IMG/VR virus record: IMGVR_UViG_3300030397_000328
Span: 1-29,477 of that record
DNA length: 29,477 nt
Source of the DNA: a virus
Taxonomy: Duplodnaviria; Caudoviricetes
Direction: 5' to 3' (one strand)
Under the pieces are notes generated by a model. That model was not told where the DNA came from. It did no database searches and was given only the letters and a program-made list of their open reading frames with translations. Numbering within the stretch: position 1 is the first letter of the stretch; each line of letters opens with the position of its first letter. The position numbers and the translations under genes are program-made. This document shows, in pieces, positions 9,764-18,406 of the stretch.

Positions 9764-9863
9764 GGTTGAATTCCTCTACTGTTCAATTGTTTGTTTGAGG
9801 CCGAACGTCACGGCCTCCGGTTCCGTCTTGCGTTTGTGTGACTAAATCTAGGCGTTCAGTCGT

Positions 9864-10880
9864 TTACTCTTTGTCCTTGCCACTGATTCGGACAAATTGG
9901 CCGATTCCCTTTTTGGTTTCGCCAGGGGGCGGCGTGTCGGTGGCGTCGGGATCGCCGGCACTTAGGCTGGCAAACTTCGTTTTCAGTTCGTCGCGTTCCT
10001 TGCGAAGCTCTGCGATTTCTACGGCTTGTAGCTTGCAATGCTCTTGCAACGCTGCCTCGAACTCCATGCCAGCACTGAACCACTTTGTGCCGTTGTCAGC
10101 ACCGAATGTGGTTGTGTAGCGTTCCAATTCCTGGGTGAATTGGTCGCGACTCGTTGCGGGCTTGTCCGGATTCGGTGTGGGTGCTGGATCCGTATTGGTC
10201 AACTCCGTTTCCGCCGGCTTGTCCGTTGGCGTGTCTGCGGGTTTGTCGTCTTTCGACATTTCTGTTTCCTTCCTCGTTAAAGTGGTGACAGAAACGGTCT
10301 GTTCCGGTCCGTCTCCGTCGCGGGTGAATTGTGATCCGGTCCCTTGGTCGTATCCGTGCGGACAAATCGCTACGCCTCGCAGCGGCCACTTTCGAACAAT
10401 GACGCCAGGTCCCTCAAACGTGTATCCGTTGACTTCCGCCGATGCCCCAACGTCTAGTTCCTCAATGACCGTGCCATCACCACCAAAGTCAATGCTGGCT
10501 TCGTAGGGGACGCCAGCATCGCCCTTGATCGATACTTCATAGGCTCGATCATCCTCGTTCTTCCAAACGAGCTCACCGGACGTGTCTAGCTGTTTGTCAC
10601 TTGGGTTGAATTTGTCCAAGTAACCAAGGATTTCGTGATCGTTGTGGCAGTAATCGATCGTGACGCGTTTGTCATCGCTGCCGTTGATGAAAAAACCGCT
10701 CAAGTCGTGAACGATCCGGCCCCAATACCAATGGCTGATCGGTTGGCCAGTCCTAGCGACAAGCGATACTGGGGCCGTATTAGCCCCTTTTTCGCCGGCA
10801 ACGAACTTCGTACGGCCAACATTCAACTGCAGCGCGTTGGCTGGTACTTCTTTGGGCTTTTCAATCGTCTGCGTTGTCAT
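9864..10880 (-). CDS. Prohead protease fused to scaffold
   Basis: N-terminal IDYCH...PYEASI...LRGVAICPHGYD (His/Ser prohead protease pattern); Pro/Thr linker; C-terminal coiled coil. Confidence 0.8.
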   Translation of the reverse strand: MTTQTIEKPKEVPANALQLNVGRTKFVAGEKGANTAPVSLVARTGQPISHWYWGRIVHDLSGFFINGSDDKRVTIDYCHNDHEILGYLDKFNPSDKQLDTSGELVWKNEDDRAYEVSIKGDAGVPYEASIDFGGDGTVIEELDVGASAEVNGYTFEGPGVIVRKWPLRGVAICPHGYDQGTGSQFTRDGDGPEQTVSVTTLTRKETEMSKDDKPADTPTDKPAETELTNTDPAPTPNPDKPATSRDQFTQELERYTTTFGADNGTKWFSAGMEFEAALQEHCKLQAVEIAELRKERDELKTKFASLSAGDPDATDTPPPGETKKGIGQFVRISGKDKE

Positions 10881-12324
10881 TGGTCTTAATCTCTATGTCT
10901 GGTTGCATATCGAAATTGAGAATCAGCGGCTCGCCGAGTTCCTTCATTCCTTGATCGCGGGCATACTTTTTGGCTTCGATCAGCTTGTCCACGTTATCCT
11001 TGAAATCACCACGGCCACGCTCTTTGACGATGCGTTGCGGGTTATCCAAGCCGGCTCCGATGGCCGCTAGGTCTCCGCGAATTTCCTTCGCTGGATCCCA
11101 CCACGGCATGCCTTTGGGAACCCATTCAAACGCGGCATCGGCAACGGTCATGTCGCCTGGCAGAGTCAACCGTTCTTTGATGATCCAATCGCGATACTTG
11201 AATATGGTCCACTTACGTCGGGTCTCGATTTGGTTGTCACGTTTGTGCTTGCAACTTCGTTCGTAGTGCAGCCAGGCGGCGCGAGAACCAAAGAAATTGG
11301 TGTGCTTTTCATCGTAGAAGCTGTAGGGAAGATCCAGGGACTTCAGCCCCACCATGATCATTAGCTGCGTGAATTGCTGGAATTCGGTGGACGGGTGTTT
11401 TGATTCCAAAAACTCTGCCCTGTCGCCATCGTCCAGGTCCAGATTCAGCGGACCCCTTCCGAAATCCACGTCGTAACCTGCCTTGTCTTCTTCGCCGTCC
11501 GCGTTGATTCCTCCGGATAGCTGGCCAGGCGAATCATCTGCGGCACGGTAGAAAGCGATAGCAAATAGCTGCGTGACCTTGGCTTTTGCCAGGGCGTAGT
11601 CGAAGTTTTCATATACGTCGCGCAGCGGATTCAGTGCCGCCACCAACGGTGAAACGCCCCTAGTCTGATCGGTAGCAAATCGATCAAAAAAGCCGTGGTG
11701 TAAGAAGTATTTGGCGGGTACTTCGCGAATAAACTCGTAGCCTCGTCCGCTCCTCGTACGCCTGTGCAGACCGTACGCCAACGCGGCACCATCGCCATTC
11801 ACCTTGATGCCGTTTACCCAGCCATCCTCGGCGGTTTTTCCTTCGGGATTGCGAATCAGATCGGATTCCACGCCTTTGATACGGCCATCAGAAAAGAGGT
11901 GATTACCGACGTCGCCGTGGATAACGCTGGCGGCTTCCATCGATCGAAAATAGCGTTCGCGGTCAAATCTTCTGCCACGATCCATGTTGACTGGCCGGCT
12001 GTCTTCGGCCATCAACTGCTCGATTTGGTTGTCTAAATCATCGTTTCCAGTGCGGCTGTGAAATTCGAACTGCGTCACGTAGTCCAAATGCCGGCGTAAC
12101 ATCCAAGACGCGATCGCGAAGTTACGGCACAAATCCTGAGTATTGGACGCCAGGCGGGAGCGTTTGCGGGTCGGAAGTATCGTATCTTCACGGAGAACCC
12201 TGGGAGGTGCCGCTTTGCGTTTGCCCTTGGCCTCTAACGCGTCGTACTTGAATTGCGACACCACCGGTAGGCTGCTGCCGGCGTGTACGTCAATCGGCCC
12301 AAGTTGTTCCAGCGTGGACGACAT
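10861..12324 (-). CDS. Portal protein, lambda family
   Basis: 487 aa; QDLCRNFAIA, QTRGVSPL, NFFGSRAAW and WWDPAKE motifs typical of lambda gpB-type portals. Confidence 0.93.
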   Translation of the reverse strand: MSSTLEQLGPIDVHAGSSLPVVSQFKYDALEAKGKRKAAPPRVLREDTILPTRKRSRLASNTQDLCRNFAIASWMLRRHLDYVTQFEFHSRTGNDDLDNQIEQLMAEDSRPVNMDRGRRFDRERYFRSMEAASVIHGDVGNHLFSDGRIKGVESDLIRNPEGKTAEDGWVNGIKVNGDGAALAYGLHRRTRSGRGYEFIREVPAKYFLHHGFFDRFATDQTRGVSPLVAALNPLRDVYENFDYALAKAKVTQLFAIAFYRAADDSPGQLSGGINADGEEDKAGYDVDFGRGPLNLDLDDGDRAEFLESKHPSTEFQQFTQLMIMVGLKSLDLPYSFYDEKHTNFFGSRAAWLHYERSCKHKRDNQIETRRKWTIFKYRDWIIKERLTLPGDMTVADAAFEWVPKGMPWWDPAKEIRGDLAAIGAGLDNPQRIVKERGRGDFKDNVDKLIEAKKYARDQGMKELGEPLILNFDMQPDIEIKTNDNADD

Positions 12325-12327
12325 GCG

Positions 12328-12519
12328 TTAGCTCAAGTTAATGGATGAAACGACTGGACGGCGGCCACGATGGGTGTCATCGGCCGCCATCAACATCCGA
12401 CGCTCCTTGCGGAGCTCGGCAAAGTTGTATTTAACTTTGGTACCGTCAACGACAACCTCCGTGGCGCCTGCCCGTAAGATCTCGTTGATTTCTTCGATTC
12501 GTGCGGTGTTATCTGCCAT
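12328..12519 (-). CDS. Head completion protein, gpW-like
   Basis: 63 aa directly upstream of the portal; GATEVVVDGTKVKY...ELRKER pattern. Confidence 0.75.
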   Translation of the reverse strand: MADNTARIEEINEILRAGATEVVVDGTKVKYNFAELRKERRMLMAADDTHRGRRPVVSSINLS

Positions 12520-12585
12520 GCGTGTATTGTTGGGAAACAGTCCCCACTAAGGTCAAGGTTTCAGAAAGACGGATATTGGTTCTAC

Positions 12586-12906
12586 CTATTGTTTTTCAGA
12601 TGCCGATGCCAGCGTTCTGTTCTCATACGTTCGATCAATACGAGCTTGGCCGCAGTTCGCACACTTGGTCCAACGCCTGATAATGTGGGTGCAAGCGTTT
12701 CCGCTGGGATCTAATCCGCGGTACTCGGTTTCCGTCTTTCGGTCGTATGGTTCGCGGTCTGTCGAGTCACATTGACGGCATCGCGTCTCTACCGCTAATC
12801 CGTGGTCATACTCTTGGTTGCCGCTTCCTTCTGGCCGGCCGGCCTTCTTTTTGGCGGACGCCTTCGACGTTGCCTTTTTGGTCGTTTTCTTTTTCGCTGT
12901 TGCCAT
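12586..12906 (-). CDS. Zinc-ribbon protein with Lys-rich N-terminus (possible Ogr/Delta-like late regulator)
   Basis: CRQC...CANC pairs; KKKTTKK tail and GRP motif; between TerL and gpW. Confidence 0.6.
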   Translation of the reverse strand: MATAKKKTTKKATSKASAKKKAGRPEGSGNQEYDHGLAVETRCRQCDSTDREPYDRKTETEYRGLDPSGNACTHIIRRWTKCANCGQARIDRTYENRTLASASEKQ

Positions 12907-12933
12907 GACGGCTCCCATCGGTTGGTAAATGAT

Positions 12934-15015
12934 TCAGCAGTTCAGTTTGGAAACTCGACGGCGCCGAGCTTTGGTTTTCGTTTTCTTCGCGGATGGATTC
13001 AGGGCGGTTGGGCTGTTGGCGTTTAGTCGAGCACCTTCGATCGATGCCGCAATAACGCAGTGAACCGCCACGTCTAGCAGGTGGTTTTCCCGTGTTGGCT
13101 TCAGTTTCCATTCAATCAATTGGCGGCCTTGGCCCTCGGTTTTGGTACCGTGTTCGGCTGTCCAATGCTCGGCCAACATTTGGTGCTCGGTTAAAGTGGG
13201 CGTCTTGAACAGTTGCAAGCAGCCGGCGGCCCCCTTATCTGTGGCGAGTAGTTTTTGCAGGAATGTTTTGGCGGAATTGGCACAAAACAGAATGTGGCGA
13301 GTCTCGCGTTTTGGGGATCGAGGCGGGTGGATCCAAGGCAGAGATAGATCAGGGCCACCGTACTTTTTGTAGTCTTGCCACTCATTCATTGGGCGGTTTG
13401 AGGCTTTGATACCGCGTCCGAAAGCTGGAGCAAAAACGTGATCGGATTCATGGCAGGCGGGGAATACCGCGTCCGCTTCGTAGCCAGCGTCTACCAAACC
13501 AGCACGTTGACGCATCACATCACCGTCAAATCTTTCGAACTGACGCCCTCCGAGCTGCGAAAGGTGCATGTTGATTGCCGCTCGTGTTTGGACGGTCGCT
13601 GACATGTGAGACAACGCTTGCACGCGGTCAAACGTGTTGCGAATGGTGTTCAGCGTGTAGTATTTGGCTCGCTGTGGCGGATACGTCCCGTAGTCGATTA
13701 CCCACCCTGTAAAGTCCCGTTTCCAGGCGATGGCCATCCAATACAGCACGTTTCCTTGTACGTCCGTTCCGGTCGTCACGAAATCTGCATCGGCTGGAAT
13801 CACGCCCCGTTCAAAGCCGCTTTGCTTTCGCATGATGTCATCAACGGAAAGCTGTTCAACGTCCGTGCCATCGCTGGCGGCGCGTGGTTCGTTCTGGCAC
13901 TCGGCTAGAAAACTGGTGACGTCTCGGCAATACAGATTCATTGCCGATTGAATGGCGGAAAGCTCATCCTCGTTGTGTCGCTCCGGCCAAGCTATCTTGG
14001 CGCCGGCGTCCATCTTCTTCCGGTTTTTGCGATAGAAGTCGGTAGCTTTGGCGCCATCGTTTCCGATTCGTAACTCTTCGCGGAGCATGTCGGCGTAGTC
14101 GTCCCAGAGTCCCATGTTCTTGGGCATCTGGTAAACCATCTTCGTGCGGAGTCCCTGCCACTCGGGGTGCTTTTCTCGATCTAGCAGACGCTCGGCCATG
14201 TCGTCCGGATAGATCACAGTACAAGGCATCACGGCGGCAACCTTCTTGCCAGGTCCAGGCAGGTACAACAGATCGCCGGCTAGCAAATCCTCACGCTCGT
14301 TGCACTGGTTTACGCTCTTGGCGCTGGCTCGGGTTTGTGGGTCATCGATCATGGCGAACGTGGGCCGGTCTATGAAGCCATCAGGACGCGTGAAGTTTGC
14401 ACCACGGATGGCCCCCAAGATTCCACCGCACTCGATGATTCCGCTGCTGGCTTCGCTGTCTGGCATTGTGGCCAGAACAATACGCGTGGCCGTGAACTCC
14501 ATTTGCGTCGGTTCGCCCTGATACGTTTGGGCGCGGCTGCGTTGCGTGATTCGGTCTAACTTCCGAATCGGGAAAATGACTTCGGGGAAGTCCTCCAGTA
14601 AAAGCGGGTTGCATTCGAATTCGCGGCGGATGCTCTGCAGTCGCTTCTTCGCGTGCTTTTCGTTGGCAGCTACCAGAACGGCGTAACGGTGGTGACCGTA
14701 GAGAATTGCCCAAATGACAGCACATTCGCAAAGCGTGGTCTTGCCGGAACCACGCGGCATAGCAAGTGCGAAAAGCCGGCCTTTTAATACCGCTTGCTCG
14801 ATCAGTTCGATAATTTTCAGGTGATCTTTCGACCACTTGATATTGAACCGATTGGGAAAATATGTCTCGCAGAATTTGCGAAACGACTTGCGACACTTGT
14901 TACGCCGGCGTTTGTTTTTAATAGGCGGCAATTCGCCTATGTCCATCACCTCGGAATTCTGATCCCGAGACTTTTGGCCAGCGCGGCGGCGTTTGTTTTC
15001 GTCGTAGCGTCCCAT
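12934..15015 (-). CDS. terL: Terminase large subunit, GpA-type
   Basis: Walker A AMPRGSGKTT, Walker B AMIDDPQT; nuclease-domain motifs TDVQ, VDAGY and ENHLLD. Confidence 0.95.
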   Translation of the reverse strand: MGRYDENKRRRAGQKSRDQNSEVMDIGELPPIKNKRRRNKCRKSFRKFCETYFPNRFNIKWSKDHLKIIELIEQAVLKGRLFALAMPRGSGKTTLCECAVIWAILYGHHRYAVLVAANEKHAKKRLQSIRREFECNPLLLEDFPEVIFPIRKLDRITQRSRAQTYQGEPTQMEFTATRIVLATMPDSEASSGIIECGGILGAIRGANFTRPDGFIDRPTFAMIDDPQTRASAKSVNQCNEREDLLAGDLLYLPGPGKKVAAVMPCTVIYPDDMAERLLDREKHPEWQGLRTKMVYQMPKNMGLWDDYADMLREELRIGNDGAKATDFYRKNRKKMDAGAKIAWPERHNEDELSAIQSAMNLYCRDVTSFLAECQNEPRAASDGTDVEQLSVDDIMRKQSGFERGVIPADADFVTTGTDVQGNVLYWMAIAWKRDFTGWVIDYGTYPPQRAKYYTLNTIRNTFDRVQALSHMSATVQTRAAINMHLSQLGGRQFERFDGDVMRQRAGLVDAGYEADAVFPACHESDHVFAPAFGRGIKASNRPMNEWQDYKKYGGPDLSLPWIHPPRSPKRETRHILFCANSAKTFLQKLLATDKGAAGCLQLFKTPTLTEHQMLAEHWTAEHGTKTEGQGRQLIEWKLKPTRENHLLDVAVHCVIAASIEGARLNANSPTALNPSAKKTKTKARRRRVSKLNC

Positions 15016-15048
15016 AAACGGCGGCGGGTTGAGTGGAGCGGGCGGCGG

Positions 15049-15318
15049 CTATTTGCCACGCATTCTTTGAACGATGCAAACCAGCACCCACGCCAAGAGC
15101 ACCCATTTTGCAATAGACAGCCATGCCGGCAGACTGAATATAAATCCAGCCCAACCGGCTATTCCTTTGATAAAGTTGGCTAACGCCGTGCGGATTGGTC
15201 GCCGGCGTTGCTCGCTTCCTTCGGGCTGATCAGGTCGCGGATCCGTTCCGCTATCTTTCCGGCGGTCTCGTCGTCTATCAAAAGGGGCAAACCTTTCTGC
15301 TTGCGGTACGTCCGCCAA
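15049..15318 (-). CDS. Small membrane protein (holin-like); start uncertain
   Basis: C-terminal WAGFIFSLPAWLSIAKWVLLAWVLVCIVQRMRGK is hydrophobic with a basic end; overlaps the upstream gene in the -1 frame; only a TTG start. Confidence 0.5.
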   Translation of the reverse strand: MADVPQAERFAPFDRRRDRRKDSGTDPRPDQPEGSEQRRRPIRTALANFIKGIAGWAGFIFSLPAWLSIAKWVLLAWVLVCIVQRMRGK

Positions 15319-16265
15319 ATCTGAACGGCTATCAGCACTGCCAGAAGAAGTGACGTTATCATGTTCCCGCTCATCAACGCCTGAATCAGTTGATACACCA
15401 GCAAGCCGCCCTGTGGTATTTGCTGGACGGGTTGGGGCTGTACTTGCGGCGGAACCTGATTCGCTGGTTGAATCTGTGGCGGGATCTGTACCGGCTGGGG
15501 AAACGGATTCTGCTGCGGAAACGTGGGCGTCTGCGGCATCGGCAAAAAAGGGGGCGCTTGCCCCGTGCCTTGGTTAGCTGCTGGCTGCTGGCCGTGCCCG
15601 CCACCTTGATTGACAACCACGGATTGTGGTGTGAGATTCTTCCGGTACAGCTTTCGGGCGTAGGTACGTAACGCAGAACTCATGCTTGCGGAAAGCTTCA
15701 TCGCGTTGCCGTCGTAACCGCTCTGCTGATAGACAACCGTGGCGGGATTCCCGAACGACTTGCTAAGCGGTGGTTGAATGATGATCGTCGGAAAGCTGGT
15801 GATTTTTATATTCTTCCAACGCCATTTTTGCGTCGGGTCGCTGTATCGATAAACCTTGTAGTGGCTCCAGCTCGTCTTGGGGCTGGACGGGTTGGCCCAT
15901 GCTTTTAGGTGCGGATCTGAATTGAACGCGGCTTTCAGTCGTTCGCATCCCGCGCAATTGGATGTGGTAACCACTGAGATGAACCATTTGTTCGAATCGT
16001 CTTTCGGGATCCCGTACAGTTTGGAAATCGTATCGTTGAACCCATCTGCGATTCCGTAGCCGTGAAGCGTAACGCAATCACCGCGACGCTCTATTTCGTC
16101 GGTCGCTTCGTCCATCACACCTGGGTTAACGTGCTCGGCTTCTGGATTCGTGATCGGATCTGCTGGTTTGGGGCTTTTTGGGGGCTGAATTTGGCCCGTG
16201 GACCCTAGGGCGGCGCTACAAATAAGCAGCCCAATTAGAAGGGATGTTGCTGTTTTCATCTTCAT
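15180..16265 (-). CDS. Exported thioredoxin-fold protein with Pro/Gln linker and C-terminal membrane anchor
   Basis: Signal-like N-terminus MKTATSLLIGLLICSAALG; CAGC (CxxC) and ITSFPTIII (cis-Pro loop); QP-rich linker; hydrophobic ITSLLLAVLIAVQIW followed by RTYRKQK. Confidence 0.8.
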   Translation of the reverse strand: MKMKTATSLLIGLLICSAALGSTGQIQPPKSPKPADPITNPEAEHVNPGVMDEATDEIERRGDCVTLHGYGIADGFNDTISKLYGIPKDDSNKWFISVVTTSNCAGCERLKAAFNSDPHLKAWANPSSPKTSWSHYKVYRYSDPTQKWRWKNIKITSFPTIIIQPPLSKSFGNPATVVYQQSGYDGNAMKLSASMSSALRTYARKLYRKNLTPQSVVVNQGGGHGQQPAANQGTGQAPPFLPMPQTPTFPQQNPFPQPVQIPPQIQPANQVPPQVQPQPVQQIPQGGLLVYQLIQALMSGNMITSLLLAVLIAVQIWRTYRKQKGLPLLIDDETAGKIAERIRDLISPKEASNAGDQSARR

Positions 16266-16271
16266 CGGTGT

Positions 16272-16844
16272 TTACTCCCACCATGGAATGTAGATTGGGG
16301 CTCGTGCTCCAGGTGGATAATCGAGGATTACCACCCATTGGCCACTGGCCAGGTGAAGCCGGCGAAACTCTGAACTCGAATAGGTATCAACGCGGTGTGG
16401 GCTGTTGTTGTTGCAGACGTACCAGCGGTCCGTTGCTTCATCCCAGCCGTACAGCGTTTGAAAGTGACGCGTTCCCGCCCCTATTGCTGCAAAACGTCCC
16501 GTCTTGCAGGCCCATTTCATCCAGTCGAATGTCTCCGAGCCGGTGATGTTGTAAATCTTGATCCCTCGACGATCCGAATACGCCTCGACGCGGCTCGGAT
16601 AACTGCCGCCACGGACCTTGGTTCCGTAGTCCGTGTCCCATAGGAGCGTATAGGCTTCGGGAACGTTCTGAGCTATCCCGCACATTCCAATCGAACATTG
16701 CACGCACGATCCGTCTGGATTGCGGTACCACTGACGGATTTCTGTTGGGATCTGTAGTTGGTGGGCCGTGCTGGGCGGGTCCGCTGCTCGAGCGGAGCTG
16801 GCCAGGACGGCGACCAAAATGGCCGCTTGAATGAGTTTTCGCAT
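16272..16844 (-). CDS. Secreted papain-fold (C39-like) cysteine peptidase
   Basis: SD GAGGGA; signal peptide MRKLIQAAILVAVLASSARA; catalytic-like order NPDGSC, RHFQTLYG, YVCNNN. Confidence 0.7.
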   Translation of the reverse strand: MRKLIQAAILVAVLASSARAADPPSTAHQLQIPTEIRQWYRNPDGSCVQCSIGMCGIAQNVPEAYTLLWDTDYGTKVRGGSYPSRVEAYSDRRGIKIYNITGSETFDWMKWACKTGRFAAIGAGTRHFQTLYGWDEATDRWYVCNNNSPHRVDTYSSSEFRRLHLASGQWVVILDYPPGARAPIYIPWWE

Positions 16845-16863
16845 GGCGTCCCTCGGGGGATAT

Positions 16864-16920
16864 AAACGAAAACGGCCACCCATCAAATTCCGTGCCGGCG
16901 GAATCTAGTGGGTGGCCGTT
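16864..16920 (-). terminator. Strong hairpin terminator at the early/late boundary
   Basis: 12-bp inverted repeat AACGGCCACCCA/TGGGTGGCCGTT plus an inner ATTCCG/CGGAAT stem, then TTCGTTT on the minus strand. Confidence 0.7.
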
Positions 16921-16969
16921 GACAATAGTTTGGCTGTCGTTGTGCCGAATCAGATTTTGAAAAGCTTGG

Positions 16970-17305
16970 TTAGCTCATTGTGACTGGTACGCGTTTCGGG
17001 TGAATTTCTCGGATGTGTTGAGCTCGGATTGTATCCCCGAGTCCGAAAAATGACAAATGGCAACCGTAGGACGTTCGGCAAATGATCTTCACGCCAGCAA
17101 ATGGCCCGCCGTTCAATTGTATCCATTGTCCATTGGCTAGGGTAAAGCGTTCAGATTCGGAACCTGTTTCCGTGTCACTTGTTACGGTGACGCTATCACT
17201 GCAGCCGATGACGACCAGTTCGGCTCGGTTCTGGGGAGAATTGTTGCGAATCGTGACGGGCCCAACCTTTAGACACCGGCGGGCTCGGATCGTTCGTTTA
17301 ATCAT
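16970..17305 (-). CDS. Hypothetical beta-rich protein (possible tandem CsrA-like fold)
   Basis: ATGA-coupled to the upstream ORF; two short beta-strand repeats. Confidence 0.55.
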   Translation of the reverse strand: MIKRTIRARRCLKVGPVTIRNNSPQNRAELVVIGCSDSVTVTSDTETGSESERFTLANGQWIQLNGGPFAGVKIICRTSYGCHLSFFGLGDTIRAQHIREIHPKRVPVTMS

Positions 17306-17511
17306 TGGGTCAACTTCCTTGTAAGGCGGGTTTCGGGCGAGGGCGGGCGTGGCACCAAAACCACGCCCTCAGAAACTATGTCGCGGTGGACAATAGCGGG
17401 GCCGGACCTATACCAAGGTCCATACTGGGCGGGGGCAACTAGCCACACAAATCCAGGCGGGGCGGCTGGTACGTCTAGCGGTTTTCTATGCGTTAGCTTC
17501 CGGTGGTTCAT
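17302..17511 (-). CDS. Hypothetical protein
   Basis: 69-aa ORF, co-oriented, stop overlaps the next ATG. Confidence 0.5.
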   Translation of the reverse strand: MNHRKLTHRKPLDVPAAPPGFVWLVAPAQYGPWYRSGPAIVHRDIVSEGVVLVPRPPSPETRLTRKLTQ

Positions 17512-17527
17512 TGGCGCGGGCGGGGCG

Positions 17528-17608
17528 TTATCCCCGCAAAATCAGAATCAGTAAAAACGCTGCCATTCCGAATAAGAACAACGCTTCAAGCTTGGTTTCT
17601 TGTCTCAT
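17528..17608 (-). CDS. 26-aa membrane peptide
   Basis: MRQETKLEALFLFGMAAFLLILILRG*; fills the gap between neighbouring genes; below the ORF-track cutoff. Confidence 0.45.
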   Translation of the reverse strand: MRQETKLEALFLFGMAAFLLILILRG

Positions 17609-17612
17609 TTCT

Positions 17613-17861
17613 TTAGGGACTTTCTTTCACTGTGCATCCTGGCTGCTGACGATGGTTCTCAAACCAAATTGCCAACTGCGGGTGGAGCTCTATGTTTCGT
17701 CGCTGAAGCATTTGGCAGAGGCCGCACAATGCTTGTTCAAGCTCGGCCGTACGATCTTCTAGTGATGAGGTGCGCCTATTTGCTGTTGCCGCCATTCTGT
17801 TGGCGCGGCGCGCTTGTTCTGCGTTGACGCTTTCGGGGGTCATTCCCATATCACACGGCAT
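17613..17861 (-). CDS. Hypothetical phage protein
   Basis: SD AAGGAG before the ATG at 17861 (MPCDMG...ALCGLC...IWFENH). Confidence 0.65.
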   Translation of the reverse strand: MPCDMGMTPESVNAEQARRANRMAATANRRTSSLEDRTAELEQALCGLCQMLQRRNIELHPQLAIWFENHRQQPGCTVKESP

Positions 17862-17920
17862 TTCTTGGAGTCTCCTTGTTTTTGTATTGGGGAGTTGGGG
17901 ACCATGAATCCTCTGCACGC

Positions 17921-18129
17921 TTACGAGTCTAGGTCTAATTCCATTTCTGCGTGGAATGGCATTTTGCATCCCATGAACAGCGAATCGCCAAAATGCCACA
18001 TTAAATCGTGCATTTGCCATTCCGACCAACCATCCACATCTTCTTCCGGCGATGAATCTTATGTCCATGCTTGGTAAGTTTGACGCGAACTTTTTGATTG
18101 AGGTTAAACTTGATCCGCTTGTCGCTCAT
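17921..18129 (-). pseudogene. Frameshifted small phage gene
   Basis: MSDKRIKFNLNQKVRVKLTKHGHKIHR in one frame and PEEDVDGWSEWQMHDLMWHFGDSLFMGCKMPFHAEMELDLDS* in the -1 frame; junction near 18050. Confidence 0.6.
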
Positions 18130-18362
18130 CGTTCGTCCTGTTGGTTAAAAGCGGCATTCATTTCTTCAACCTTGGTAGCTGGGCAACCATACATCGAACC
18201 CGATTCGTGACGTCCGCATATCCTGCAAACCTTCGCGTAAAAAATGCTTGGGGTACGGGATCCGTAAGAGGTGTCAATAAACGGCTTGACGCTCACGAAA
18301 CGATACGAATGAGCGAAAAGCAATCGGCAACATATACGCCTAAACAGATTAACTTTATTCAT
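18126..18362 (-). CDS. Hypothetical protein (CxxC)
   Basis: 78 aa; HSY...VCRICG; ATGA overlap with the next gene. Confidence 0.6.
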   Translation of the reverse strand: MNKVNLFRRICCRLLFAHSYRFVSVKPFIDTSYGSRTPSIFYAKVCRICGRHESGSMYGCPATKVEEMNAAFNQQDER

Positions 18363-18406
18363 TTTCCTAGTCCTCTTTTCCTCAGGCTCAGTGGAGCATC
18401 AATCCT

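Noticed and set aside
12520-12560. Possible leaderless late promoter before gpW (TTGACC...AACAAT)
   Set aside because: The 19-nt spacing and weak -10 make it too uncertain to call.
14381-14896. 171-aa same-strand alternative-frame ORF within terL
   Set aside because: It covers only a quarter of the gene and has no SD or coupled ends, unlike the integrase overlap.
17862-18068. N-terminal extension of the 151-aa ORF 17613..18068
   Set aside because: A strong SD supports the start at 17861; the upstream part is better explained by the split gene in other frames.
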